Assembly: GCA_963816215.1 (NCBI GenBank)
Contig: CAWFKB010000007.1
Coordinates: forward strand, 89,202 to 153,201
Length of the DNA: 64,000 nt
Origin: an uncultured Chloroflexia bacterium
Lineage (GTDB): Bacteria > Chloroflexota > Limnocylindria > QHBO01
Direction of reading: 5' to 3'
Below the pieces are notes generated by a model. That model was not told where the DNA came from. It ran no database searches and was given only the letters and a program-made list of their open reading frames with translations. Both the position numbers and the translations under genes were made by a program. Position 1 is the stretch's first letter. Each line of letters begins with the position of its first letter. This document shows, piece after piece, positions 9,744 to 18,104 of this stretch.

Positions 9744-10349
9744 TTACGGGTTGTCCTCCAGGGGCGTGGGAATCCAGCCGCGGACTTCCTCCTCGGGGAG
9801 GATGTCGGCCAGGAGGTTGTCGTGCTCGCGCTCGTCGGCGATCAGGAAGACCTGGGCCAGGGCCCGGTGCACGGCCACGACGTCGGCGGTCCCGTCCACG
9901 GCGGGGTAGGGCGCGCAGCTGACGGCGACATCGGTCAGGGGCACGAAGCGGTCGGACACGTTCATCAGGCCATCCATGGCCTGGCTGGCCTCGGGGACGT
10001 GGAACATGCCGGTCAGCCAGAACGGCGCGATCCCGACCTGGATCTTCACGGGGCGCTTCTGGACCTGGAACTCGTTGTCATCGTCCGGGGCGCCGCTGCT
10101 GATGCCGAACAGGATCTCGCTGATCGCGACCCGCACCTGCTGGCCGCCGCGGGCGGCGCCCTGATCGGCGTACTCCGTCACCGTCGCCTGGTCCACCGCG
10201 AGGTGGTCGGAGCCGGACAGGTTGAGGATGTCGGTGGCCTTGCGGAACCGGGTGGACATCGTGCCCGACACGCGGAAGCCGACCGTGTAGAGCTCGACCT
10301 GGACGGGGAGGGTCGGAGGTCCCAGCGATCCGGCGTCCCAGCTGCTCAC
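9744..10349 (-). CDS. Hypothetical protein (no family recognised)
   Basis: 201-aa ORF with GTG start and protein-like composition, packed tightly between the methyltransferase and OsmC genes on the same strand. Confidence 0.45.
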   Translation of the reverse strand: MSSWDAGSLGPPTLPVQVELYTVGFRVSGTMSTRFRKATDILNLSGSDHLAVDQATVTEYADQGAARGGQQVRVAISEILFGISSGAPDDDNEFQVQKRPVKIQVGIAPFWLTGMFHVPEASQAMDGLMNVSDRFVPLTDVAVSCAPYPAVDGTADVVAVHRALAQVFLIADEREHDNLLADILPEEEVRGWIPTPLEDNP

Positions 10350-10358
10350 ATACCGATG

Positions 10359-11129
10359 CTACCGCTTGCGCGCCTTCCAGACCTCCTCACTCGGCCAGTT
10401 TCGGGCCCACTCGAGGGTCGAGATGTTCGTGTACCGGGTCTCGGCGCCTTCGGGGGCGCGAATCTCGACCAGGTCGGTGACCTCGAATCCGCTGCTCACC
10501 AGCAACCGGATCATGTCGCCGTGGGACAGGTGGAACTCGACGCTGTCCTCATCGGTCCACTCGAATCGGTGCATCCCGAACTGGGGACGGATGAGCCTGT
10601 CGGTGGCAGGCCCGTCCACCTCGAGGTCGGGCACGCTCAGCATCAGCAGGACGCTGTTGCCCAGGAAGATGAGCTCGCCGCCCGGTCGCAGGAGGCGCGC
10701 CGCCTCGGGGATCCACTGGTACGGGTCGGCCCAGATGGCCGCGCCGTACTCGGAGATCGCCAGGTCGAAGCTCGCCTCGGGAAGCGGCACCTGTTCGGCG
10801 AATCCCAGGATGAGCGGGAACTCCAGCCCGTGCTCGGCCTGGAGGCGTCGCGCGGTCTCGAGCTGGCGGGGCGAGTTGTCGAGGCCCACCACCCGGGCGC
10901 CCCGTCGAGCGAGCCAGGCGGAGACGTAGCCCGTCCCGCAGCCCAGCTCGATGGCGTCCTTCCCCGCCAGGTCGTCCGGCAGGAGATGCAGCTCGGACTC
11001 GGGCACGCCCCAGATCCCCCACCCCGGCTCGTCCGACGCCCAGTTCCGCTCACCGGCCGCCACGTACTCCTCGGCGGCGGTATCCCACCAGGCGCGGTTG
11101 CGTCGGACGTGCTCGGGCAACTCTGCCAT
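10359..11129 (-). CDS. Class I SAM-dependent methyltransferase
   Basis: Motif I ELGCGTGYVSAWLARRGARVVGLD. ATG at 11129. The long N-terminal extension in the ORF track is Arg-rich junk. Confidence 0.75.
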   Translation of the reverse strand: MAELPEHVRRNRAWWDTAAEEYVAAGERNWASDEPGWGIWGVPESELHLLPDDLAGKDAIELGCGTGYVSAWLARRGARVVGLDNSPRQLETARRLQAEHGLEFPLILGFAEQVPLPEASFDLAISEYGAAIWADPYQWIPEAARLLRPGGELIFLGNSVLLMLSVPDLEVDGPATDRLIRPQFGMHRFEWTDEDSVEFHLSHGDMIRLLVSSGFEVTDLVEIRAPEGAETRYTNISTLEWARNWPSEEVWKARKR

Positions 11130-11187
11130 CAGGCGCCGGACGGTACCCGATCGGCCCCGGCCCCGCAGCGATGTGTACGATCGGCGC

Positions 11188-13536
11188 ATGGAGCCGTCCA
11201 CCGCCAACGTCCTGGGCGCGGACGCACCGACGTTCAGCGCCGAGCAGGCGCAGGACATCGTGGCGGCGGTGTGGGGTCGGCGCGGAACGGCGACGCCCCT
11301 CGTCTCCGAGCGGGACCAGAACTTCCGCCTGACCGATGAACACGGCACGTCGTGGGTCCTGAAGATCGCGAACGCGGTCGAGGACCCGGGCGTGGTGGAC
11401 ATGGAGGTCGAGGCCGTCCGCCACGTGGCACGGATGGACCCCGATCTCCCGGTCGCGGTCCCCATCCCGACCGATGACGGGCCGTCGGTTGTCTCGCTCC
11501 CCGGCCCACGTGGCGAGGTGCACCTGGTCCGGCTCCTGCCCTTCATGCCGGGGGCGCACGTCGATGCGGCCGACCTGGATCTCGACGCGATCACGGAGAT
11601 CGGACGGACAACGGCGCGCCTGGGGCGTGCCCTGCGCGGCTTCTTCCACCCGGCCGCGGGGCGCGTGATCCTGTGGGACATCAAGCATCTGGACGAGCTG
11701 CGTCCCCACCTGGGCGCCGTGGCCGACCCCGCGCGACGGGCGATGGTTGATCGGGCCCTGGAACGGTTCGACGTGCGGGTGGCGCCGGCCCTGCCCGGGC
11801 TGCGGGCGCAGGTCATCCACAACGACGCGACCCTGGACAACCTGCTGCTCGACGGCGGCCGCGTGTCAGGGATCGTGGACTTCGGGGACATGGCCCACAC
11901 CGCGCTGATCCTGGACCTGACCGCCATGCTGCAGTCCGTCCTGCGCGGTCGGGCCGACGTGTGGGAGGCCGCCGAGGCGGCCATCCAAGGCTACGGTTCG
12001 GTCATTCCCCTCGAAGCCGAGGAGGGCGACCTGCTGGCCGATCTGCTCGCCGCGCGGATGGTGCAGACCGTGCTCATCTCCGTGTGGCGCACCGCCCAGT
12101 ACCCCAACAACGAGTACATCCGAGGCTGGCTGGAACCGGCCTACGAGCTGCTCGATGCAATGGAGGCCTTCGGCTATGACGAGGCCGTTCGACGCCTGGC
12201 CGCCGCTGCGGGAAGCGCGGGCGCAGGAGCGCGCGATGCGCGCCGCACCATCATCCCGACCGAGGAGCTGCGGGAGCGCCGCCAACGGGTGCTCGGTTCC
12301 GCGCTGTCACCCCTGACCTACGACCGGCCACTGCATCTCGTCCGCGGTGACGGGGTGTGGCTGTACGACGCCGAGGACCGCGCCTACGTGGACGCCTACA
12401 ACAATGTGCCGGTCGTGGGCCACGCCCACCCGGTCGTGGTGGAGGCCATCGCCCGCCAGGCGGCAGACCTGAACACGAACACCCGCTACCTCCACGAGTC
12501 GGTCGTGCTCCTCGCCGAGCGCCTGACGGCCAGCATGCCCGAGGAGCTCGACACCGTCATGTTCGTGAACTCCGGGAGCGAGGCCAACGACCTGGCCTGG
12601 CGGCTGGCGACGGTGGCCACCGGCGGCACCGGCGGCATCTGCACCACCTGGTCGTACCACGGCCTGACCGCGGCCATCGCGGACCTGTCCTCCTCGGAGT
12701 GGCCGCGCGGGGAGCGGCCCGCATCGGTCGAAACGATCCCGGCTCCAGATCCGCTGCGCGGACCCCACCACGACCAGCTGGACGTGGACGTCGCCAGCGC
12801 CGCGGAGCTGGGCGCGGCCGCCGCGCGGCTGGTAGAGCAGGGCGTCACTCCGGCGGCCGTGTTCGTGGACGGGACGTTCACTGCCGATGGAATCTTCCCC
12901 ACCACGCCTGCGTACCTGGCCGAGCTCCGCCGCCAGACCACCGCCGCGAACGTGATCTACGTGGCGGACGAGGTCCAGGCCGGGCACGGTCGGACCGGGG
13001 ACCTGTGGAGCTTCGGGGCGTCGGGGGTCACGCCCGACCTGGTGACCCTGGGCAAGCCGATGGGCAACGGCCACCCGGTGGCGGCGGTCGTCGCCCGCTC
13101 GGAGATCGTGGATCGGTTCGCGGCGGAGCACGAGTACTTCAGCACCTTCGGCGGCAACCCCGTCGCGTGCGCCGCGGCGCTGGCGGTGCTGGACGTGATC
13201 GACGACGAGGGGTTGCTTCAGAACGCCGCGACCGTCGGTGGTCTCCTGCGGGACGCCGTGGAGGCCATGGCCGCCGACCACCCGGCCATCGGTGACGTCC
13301 GGGGCCGCGGCCTGATGGTCGGGGTGGACCTCATGGTCGACCGCGGGACGCGCGAGCCGGCCTCGGACCTGGCGCACCGGGTCATGAACGAGATGCGCGA
13401 GCGCGGAGTCCTGATCAGCACCACCGGGCGTTTGGGCAACGTCCTGAAGATCCGTCCCCCGCTGGTCCTGACCGCGTCCCAGGCCGAGCTGATCATCACC
13501 GCCCTGGACGACTCGCTGCGCGCCGCCGGCGCCTAG
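11188..13536 (+). CDS. Bifunctional fusion: APH/choline-kinase-fold phosphotransferase (N-terminus) + class-III PLP aminotransferase-like domain (C-terminus). Candidate aminoalcohol/hydroxylysine kinase + phospho-lyase.
   Basis: N-terminal half has the kinase catalytic loop [29 protein letters not shown]-terminal half has class-III aminotransferase motifs [16 protein letters not shown] and the PLP-lysine block [10 protein letters not shown]. Starts at ATG 11188. Confidence 0.85.
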   Translation: MEPSTANVLGADAPTFSAEQAQDIVAAVWGRRGTATPLVSERDQNFRLTDEHGTSWVLKIANAVEDPGVVDMEVEAVRHVARMDPDLPVAVPIPTDDGPSVVSLPGPRGEVHLVRLLPFMPGAHVDAADLDLDAITEIGRTTARLGRALRGFFHPAAGRVILWDIKHLDELRPHLGAVADPARRAMVDRALERFDVRVAPALPGLRAQVIHNDATLDNLLLDGGRVSGIVDFGDMAHTALILDLTAMLQSVLRGRADVWEAAEAAIQGYGSVIPLEAEEGDLLADLLAARMVQTVLISVWRTAQYPNNEYIRGWLEPAYELLDAMEAFGYDEAVRRLAAAAGSAGAGARDARRTIIPTEELRERRQRVLGSALSPLTYDRPLHLVRGDGVWLYDAEDRAYVDAYNNVPVVGHAHPVVVEAIARQAADLNTNTRYLHESVVLLAERLTASMPEELDTVMFVNSGSEANDLAWRLATVATGGTGGICTTWSYHGLTAAIADLSSSEWPRGERPASVETIPAPDPLRGPHHDQLDVDVASAAELGAAAARLVEQGVTPAAVFVDGTFTADGIFPTTPAYLAELRRQTTAANVIYVADEVQAGHGRTGDLWSFGASGVTPDLVTLGKPMGNGHPVAAVVARSEIVDRFAAEHEYFSTFGGNPVACAAALAVLDVIDDEGLLQNAATVGGLLRDAVEAMAADHPAIGDVRGRGLMVGVDLMVDRGTREPASDLAHRVMNEMRERGVLISTTGRLGNVLKIRPPLVLTASQAELIITALDDSLRAAGA

Positions 13537-13559
13537 GGAGGACCCGCCCGGGAGGGCCG

Positions 13560-15284
13560 CTACTCCGGGGGCAACGACCCGCGGGTCGCGATCCGCGCGT
13601 CCCGCCCGCCCTGCCCGGTGGCCAGCAGGATCCGACCGCTGGCCTGCGCCTCGAACAACGTTTCGACGGACGCCAGGTCGTCGATGTCGGCCACCGTCTT
13701 GTCCTCGCGGACGCGGACGATCCGCGGGAAGCGCAGCGCAAAGCCGCTCCCGTGGCGCGTGCTGCGCATGATCCGGTCGAACGCGATCTCGACCACGACC
13801 TCGGGCACCACGCTGCGGTAGCGGCCGAAGTCGCGGAGCGTGGTCTTCTGGAAATGCTCGGTGAAGGCGGCGATCTCCGCATCGGTCAGGCCGGTGTAGG
13901 CCTTGCCCACCACGGACAGGCCCGATCCATCGGTCTCGCGCACGGCAAAGGTGTAATCGGACAGCACGCCCCGGCGCTTGCCGTGGCCCCACTCGACGCC
14001 CACCACCACGCAGTCGAGGGTGGCGAGCGCCTTCTTGAGCTTCAGCCAGCCGAGCCCGCGACGACCCGGCTGATAGACCGATGCCGGGTCCTTGACCATG
14101 AGCCCCTCGTTGCGCCGCTCGCGAGCGGCGTCGAACAGAGCGTCCACCTCGTCCGTGCTCGTGGCCCGATCCAGGCGGGCGTACAGGAGCCGGCCATCGG
14201 TCTTGCCCGGCAGATCGAGCGCTTCCAGGGCCGCCCGGCGCTCGCGGAGCGGCGTCTCCAGCAGGTCGCGCCCGTCGACGTGTAGCACGTCGAACGCGAC
14301 CAGGACCACCGGTACGCGCTCCAGGAGTGCGGCGTCGGGATTGACCCGGCCAAGACGCCGCTGGAGGGCGGCGAAGTCCAGGACGGCGCCCGCCTTGAAC
14401 GGGATCAGCTCCCCGTCCAGGACCAGGTCATGGCCGAGGGAGGCAACCGAGCTGACGACCTCCGGGAAGGAGACGGTGATCTCCTTCAGGTCGCGGCTGA
14501 AGAGGCGCGCGGTGCCGCTGGCGAGATGGAGCTGAGCCCGGATGCCGTCGTACTTGTCCTCGATCCAGGCCTCGTCACCCACCCGGCGCACGACCTCCGC
14601 CGCGTCCCCGACCGGGGTCGCGAGCATGGGTCGGATGGGTCGTCCCAGGTGCAGGCCGGCGGTGTCGAGCTGGCCGCGCCGGGCCAGGGTGGCTGCCTCA
14701 CCGGGTTCGCCCAGGAGCATCAGCGCGCGTCGAACCGATGCCTGCGGCGCGTCGAAGGCGGCGGCAATGGCCTCCTCCAACAGGCCCTCACGCAGACCAA
14801 TGCGCGTTTCGCGTGCCGCGATCCGCGCGACGTATCGGGCTTCGTCAGGCGTGGCCCGCCGGAACAGCTCGGTCATGACCGCCACCCGGGCGTCGGTGGT
14901 CGGGGCATCGGCCATGGCCCGGTAGCCGTCGGCCACGTCGCCCACGGTCAGTACCGGGCCCGCGGGACGCTGGGCGGCAAGGAGGTCCGCCGCCGCATCC
15001 CCGAAGTCGGAGTGGCGGAGCCACGCGGCGGACATCGCTTCTTCTGCGGCCCCGCTGGCTGCGGCCAGGGCGGCGGCCTGCTGGACCCATCCCAGGCCGA
15101 GACGGTCCGCGGCGCCGGGGAGCGGCTTGCCCGACAGGAACGTTGCGGCGCGCGGCAGATCCGCGGCCGGCAGGTCATGCAGGTAGGCGGCCAGGATGTC
15201 GCGCTTGGCGAGCTTGGACCGGGTCGCCGCCACCGCGTCCGCGGTGGCGGCAAAGGCACTGAACGGGGAGCTTCGGGATGCCAT
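13560..15284 (-). CDS. lig: ATP-dependent DNA ligase (LigB/Lig1-like, with N-terminal DNA-binding domain)
   Basis: 574 aa. Motif I EDKYDGIRAQ, motif III LDGELI, motif V GLMVKDPASVY, motif VI WLKLK. Confidence 0.85.
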   Translation of the reverse strand: MASRSSPFSAFAATADAVAATRSKLAKRDILAAYLHDLPAADLPRAATFLSGKPLPGAADRLGLGWVQQAAALAAASGAAEEAMSAAWLRHSDFGDAAADLLAAQRPAGPVLTVGDVADGYRAMADAPTTDARVAVMTELFRRATPDEARYVARIAARETRIGLREGLLEEAIAAAFDAPQASVRRALMLLGEPGEAATLARRGQLDTAGLHLGRPIRPMLATPVGDAAEVVRRVGDEAWIEDKYDGIRAQLHLASGTARLFSRDLKEITVSFPEVVSSVASLGHDLVLDGELIPFKAGAVLDFAALQRRLGRVNPDAALLERVPVVLVAFDVLHVDGRDLLETPLRERRAALEALDLPGKTDGRLLYARLDRATSTDEVDALFDAARERRNEGLMVKDPASVYQPGRRGLGWLKLKKALATLDCVVVGVEWGHGKRRGVLSDYTFAVRETDGSGLSVVGKAYTGLTDAEIAAFTEHFQKTTLRDFGRYRSVVPEVVVEIAFDRIMRSTRHGSGFALRFPRIVRVREDKTVADIDDLASVETLFEAQASGRILLATGQGGRDARIATRGSLPPE

Positions 15285-15345
15285 GTCGGTCCGAGTCTAG
15301 GCGCCCGCTTGACGGGCGCCATCGGTCCGGCCACCCTTCGCGCCG

Positions 15346-15945
15346 ATGACGTCATGGAAGAGCCCGGTGACGCCCGAGGTGGCGCACCGGCTCCCCCCGG
15401 GCCAGGTGCTGACCGAGAAATTCCCCGTTCTCCAGTTCGGCCAGGTACCCTCGTACCCGGACCTTTCGACCTGGGACCTGCGGGTGTGGGGCGCGGTCGA
15501 GCAGCCGTTCACCCTGCGCTGGGCCGAGGTCCGCCAGCTCCCGGTGCGCGAGGTCACGCTCGACGTTCACTGCGTCACGCGCTGGTCCAAGCTGGGGACG
15601 ACCTGGGAGGGCGCGCCCATGACCCACATCGCGGAAGCAGCGACGGTCAAGCCCGAGGCACGGCACGTCATCTTCCATTCGGAGTACGGCTATACGACCA
15701 ATGTCCCGATGGAGGTGGCGCTCCAGGCCGATGCGCTCATCGCCTGGAACTTCGACGGCAAGCCCCTCGAGCCGGAGCACGGCTATCCCCTGCGCGGGCT
15801 GATGCCCGGCCGCTACTTCTGGAAGAGCGCCAAGTGGCTGCGCGGGATCGAGTTCAGCGTCGACGACCAGCCCGGCTTCTGGGAGCGCAACGGGTACAGC
15901 AACAACGCCGATCCGTGGCGCGAGGAACGCTACTCCGATGACTGA
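15346..15945 (+). CDS. Molybdopterin-dependent oxidoreductase, sulfite-oxidase family (YedY/MsrP-like catalytic subunit)
   Basis: DVHCVTRWSKLGTTWEG gives the Moco Cys ligand context, and GYPLRGLMPGRYFWKSAKWLRGIEF is family-typical. Confidence 0.75.
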   Translation: MTSWKSPVTPEVAHRLPPGQVLTEKFPVLQFGQVPSYPDLSTWDLRVWGAVEQPFTLRWAEVRQLPVREVTLDVHCVTRWSKLGTTWEGAPMTHIAEAATVKPEARHVIFHSEYGYTTNVPMEVALQADALIAWNFDGKPLEPEHGYPLRGLMPGRYFWKSAKWLRGIEFSVDDQPGFWERNGYSNNADPWREERYSDD

Positions 15946-16288
15946 GCAGCCGATGACCACCGCGGCCCGCGTTCGGCGCCTGTCCCCGATGTGGCAGACC
16001 GCGGTGATCTGCCTGGTCGGGGTGACGGTGTCCGGTGCCCTGGTCGCACTGTCGCTGTTCACCCAGAACGTGGGCCTGTTCGTGGCCCTCACCCTGGCCG
16101 CCACCGTGGTGGCCGCCGGAGTCGGGATCTACGCCGCCGTCCAGGGCTGGCGCGGGTCGCAGCGTGCCGCCGCTCGCGGGTCGCAGGGTCGAGCTGCGGG
16201 GATCGCGCTGGCGGCGGGAGCCATGATCATCGTCGCGGCGGTCGCCATCTCCGGCGCGATCTGGATCGTCCTGCTCTTCTTCCTCTAG
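15938..16288 (+). CDS. Small hypothetical membrane protein
   Basis: 116-aa ORF with three hydrophobic helices. Its ATG overlaps the stop of the upstream gene (ATGA). Confidence 0.3.
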   Translation: MTEQPMTTAARVRRLSPMWQTAVICLVGVTVSGALVALSLFTQNVGLFVALTLAATVVAAGVGIYAAVQGWRGSQRAAARGSQGRAAGIALAAGAMIIVAAVAISGAIWIVLLFFL

Positions 16289-16329
16289 ACCGTCGGCGGG
16301 CGGCCCTTCCGCCTACCATTGGAGCAGTC

Positions 16330-16406
16330 GCCCCCATCGTCTAGAGGCCTAGGACGCCACCCTTTCAAGGTGGAGATCACCGGTTCGAATCCGGTTGGGG
16401 GCGCCA
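16330..16406 (+). tRNA. tRNA-Glu (anticodon TTC)
   Basis: Hand-folded cloverleaf: acceptor GCCCCCA/TGGGGGC, anticodon stem CCACC/GGTGG with loop CTTTCAA, T-loop TTCGAAT, 3' GCCA encoded. Confidence 0.85.
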
Positions 16407-16421
16407 CTCATGCCCCGGCGT

Positions 16422-16601
16422 CTAGATATGGTGGATCTCCACTCGCTCGCCGCAGTCGGGGCAGTGGAGCAGCAGGAGCTTGGGATCGTCCTTGGTCGGG
16501 CGCCAGGTGTAGACGTCCGACTCCTTGACCATCTCCCCGCAGGTCGGGCACTCGGCGCCCAGGGCCAGCCACTGCTCGCGGGGGACAGACTGCCGGCCCA
16601 C
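16422..16601 (-). CDS. Small zinc-ribbon protein (two CxxC pairs), putative
   Basis: 59-codon minus-strand ORF starting at GTG. It contains ...CPTCGEMVKESDVYTWRPTKDDPKLLLLHCPDCGERVEIHHI. The GTG sits 1 nt after the TAG of the upstream ORF. Confidence 0.3.
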   Translation of the reverse strand: MGRQSVPREQWLALGAECPTCGEMVKESDVYTWRPTKDDPKLLLLHCPDCGERVEIHHI

Positions 16602-16602
16602 G

Positions 16603-17079
16603 CTACGGGTGCTCGGACGGAGCGTCGTCCGCCGCCGGCGCGACGGAATCGGCCGGGTCGGCGGGTGGTGCCGGAGGACCGGGGGGCTCCCAGCCGAGCA
16701 TCACGGCCGGGGATTCAGCCAGCGCCGCGCGGGCGGCGGCGGCTTCCTTCGGACCGGAAAGCATCGAGTACCGGCGCGAGTCGTAGCCGGGCCAATGGCC
16801 CACGTCGCCGTCGCGGATCATCACCGCCCGGCGCAGGTGGATCCCGGTCACGTCGCTGACGGATCGGTCCATGACCTCGAAGTCCCGACCGGTCACCTGG
16901 CGCAGGGCTGCGGGCAGGGTCTCGACCAGGTACGCCGGATCGGGGTTCACGGCCATGGCCAGGTCGAGGGCCTGGACGACCAGGTCGTCCGGAAGGTCGC
17001 GGGGCAGCGGGCGACTGATGTACCGCATCCGGGAGTCCCGACTGGGACCCATGAACGTCCGCCACAGGCTCCGCACCAT
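16603..17079 (-). CDS. Hypothetical protein
   Basis: Minus ORF 16603..17250 with protein-like composition in its C-terminal 150 aa. I chose the internal ATG at 17079 because the longer form would overlap the galU start region. The start is uncertain. Confidence 0.3.
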   Translation of the reverse strand: MVRSLWRTFMGPSRDSRMRYISRPLPRDLPDDLVVQALDLAMAVNPDPAYLVETLPAALRQVTGRDFEVMDRSVSDVTGIHLRRAVMIRDGDVGHWPGYDSRRYSMLSGPKEAAAARAALAESPAVMLGWEPPGPPAPPADPADSVAPAADDAPSEHP

Positions 17080-17221
17080 CGGTTCGGGATTGTACCGATG
17101 CCGGCTGGCGGGCGGCACCGGGGCCCATCGGTATACTTGCCGCCGCGTGAGGCCGTTCGTCCACCCGCCCGGCTGGACCGCCCCCCGCCTCTGACAGCCA
17201 CGCACCCGGAGGAACCCTCGC

Positions 17222-18100
17222 ATCAGCGCGCGCGTTCGAAAGGCGGTCATCCCGGCCGCCGGCTACGGAACCCGGTTCCTGCCCGCCACCAAGGCCATCC
17301 CCAAGGAGATCCTGCCGCTCGTTGACCGGCCCGTGATCCAGTACGCGGTCGAGGAGGCCGTCGCATCGGGGATCGAGCAGATCGTGATCGTGGTCGGCTC
17401 GGGGACGAGCGTGATCGAGGAGCACTTCGACTCCCATCCCGCCCTTGAGCGCTGGCTGGAGGACCGCGGCGACATCGAGCTCCTCCGTGCCGTTCGCAAG
17501 CAGTCCGAGTTCGCGGCCATCGCCTACGTCCGCCAGAAGGAGCCGCTGGGCCTGGGCCATGCGGTGCTCATGGCCAAGGAGCTCATCGGGGACGAGCCGT
17601 TTGCCATCCTGCTGCCCGACGACATCATGCTGAACCCCGGCGGGGCGCCGGTCCTCGCCCAGCTGATCGAGGCGCACGGGGCCCATCGAGGCTCGGTCAT
17701 CGCCATCACCAAGGTCCCGCGCTCGGAGGCCAGCCGGTATGGCATCGTCGAGACCCGGCGCGGAGAGGGCCGCGTCTGGGAGCTGGCAGACGTGGTCGAG
17801 AAGCCCCCGGTCGAGGAGGCCCCGTCCGACCTCGCGGTCCTGGGCCGCTACGTGCTGAGCCCGCGCATCTTCGACGAGCTGGAGCACACCCAGCAGGGTG
17901 CCGGGGGCGAAATCCAGCTGACCGATGCCATTCGCGCCCTGATCGCGGACCAGCCGGTGTACGGATACGAGTTCACCGGCCATCGCTACGACGCCGGGAC
18001 CCGGATCGGCTGGCTGGAGGCCAACGTGGCCCTGGCCCTGGAGTCGGACCTGGCGGACGAGTTCCGCGGATACCTCCGCGGGCTCGACCTGCGAGACTAG
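17222..18100 (+). CDS. galU: UTP--glucose-1-phosphate uridylyltransferase
   Basis: KAVIPAAGYGTRFLPATKAIPKEILPLVDRPVIQY plus the rest of the GalU core. There is no in-frame ATG/GTG/TTG between the stop at 17192-17194 and the conserved motif. A GGAGG at 17208-17212 is followed 9 nt later by ATC at 17222, so the start is non-canonical or an indel is hiding it. Confidence 0.7.
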   Translation: MSARVRKAVIPAAGYGTRFLPATKAIPKEILPLVDRPVIQYAVEEAVASGIEQIVIVVGSGTSVIEEHFDSHPALERWLEDRGDIELLRAVRKQSEFAAIAYVRQKEPLGLGHAVLMAKELIGDEPFAILLPDDIMLNPGGAPVLAQLIEAHGAHRGSVIAITKVPRSEASRYGIVETRRGEGRVWELADVVEKPPVEEAPSDLAVLGRYVLSPRIFDELEHTQQGAGGEIQLTDAIRALIADQPVYGYEFTGHRYDAGTRIGWLEANVALALESDLADEFRGYLRGLDLRD

Positions 18101-18104
18101 CCGC

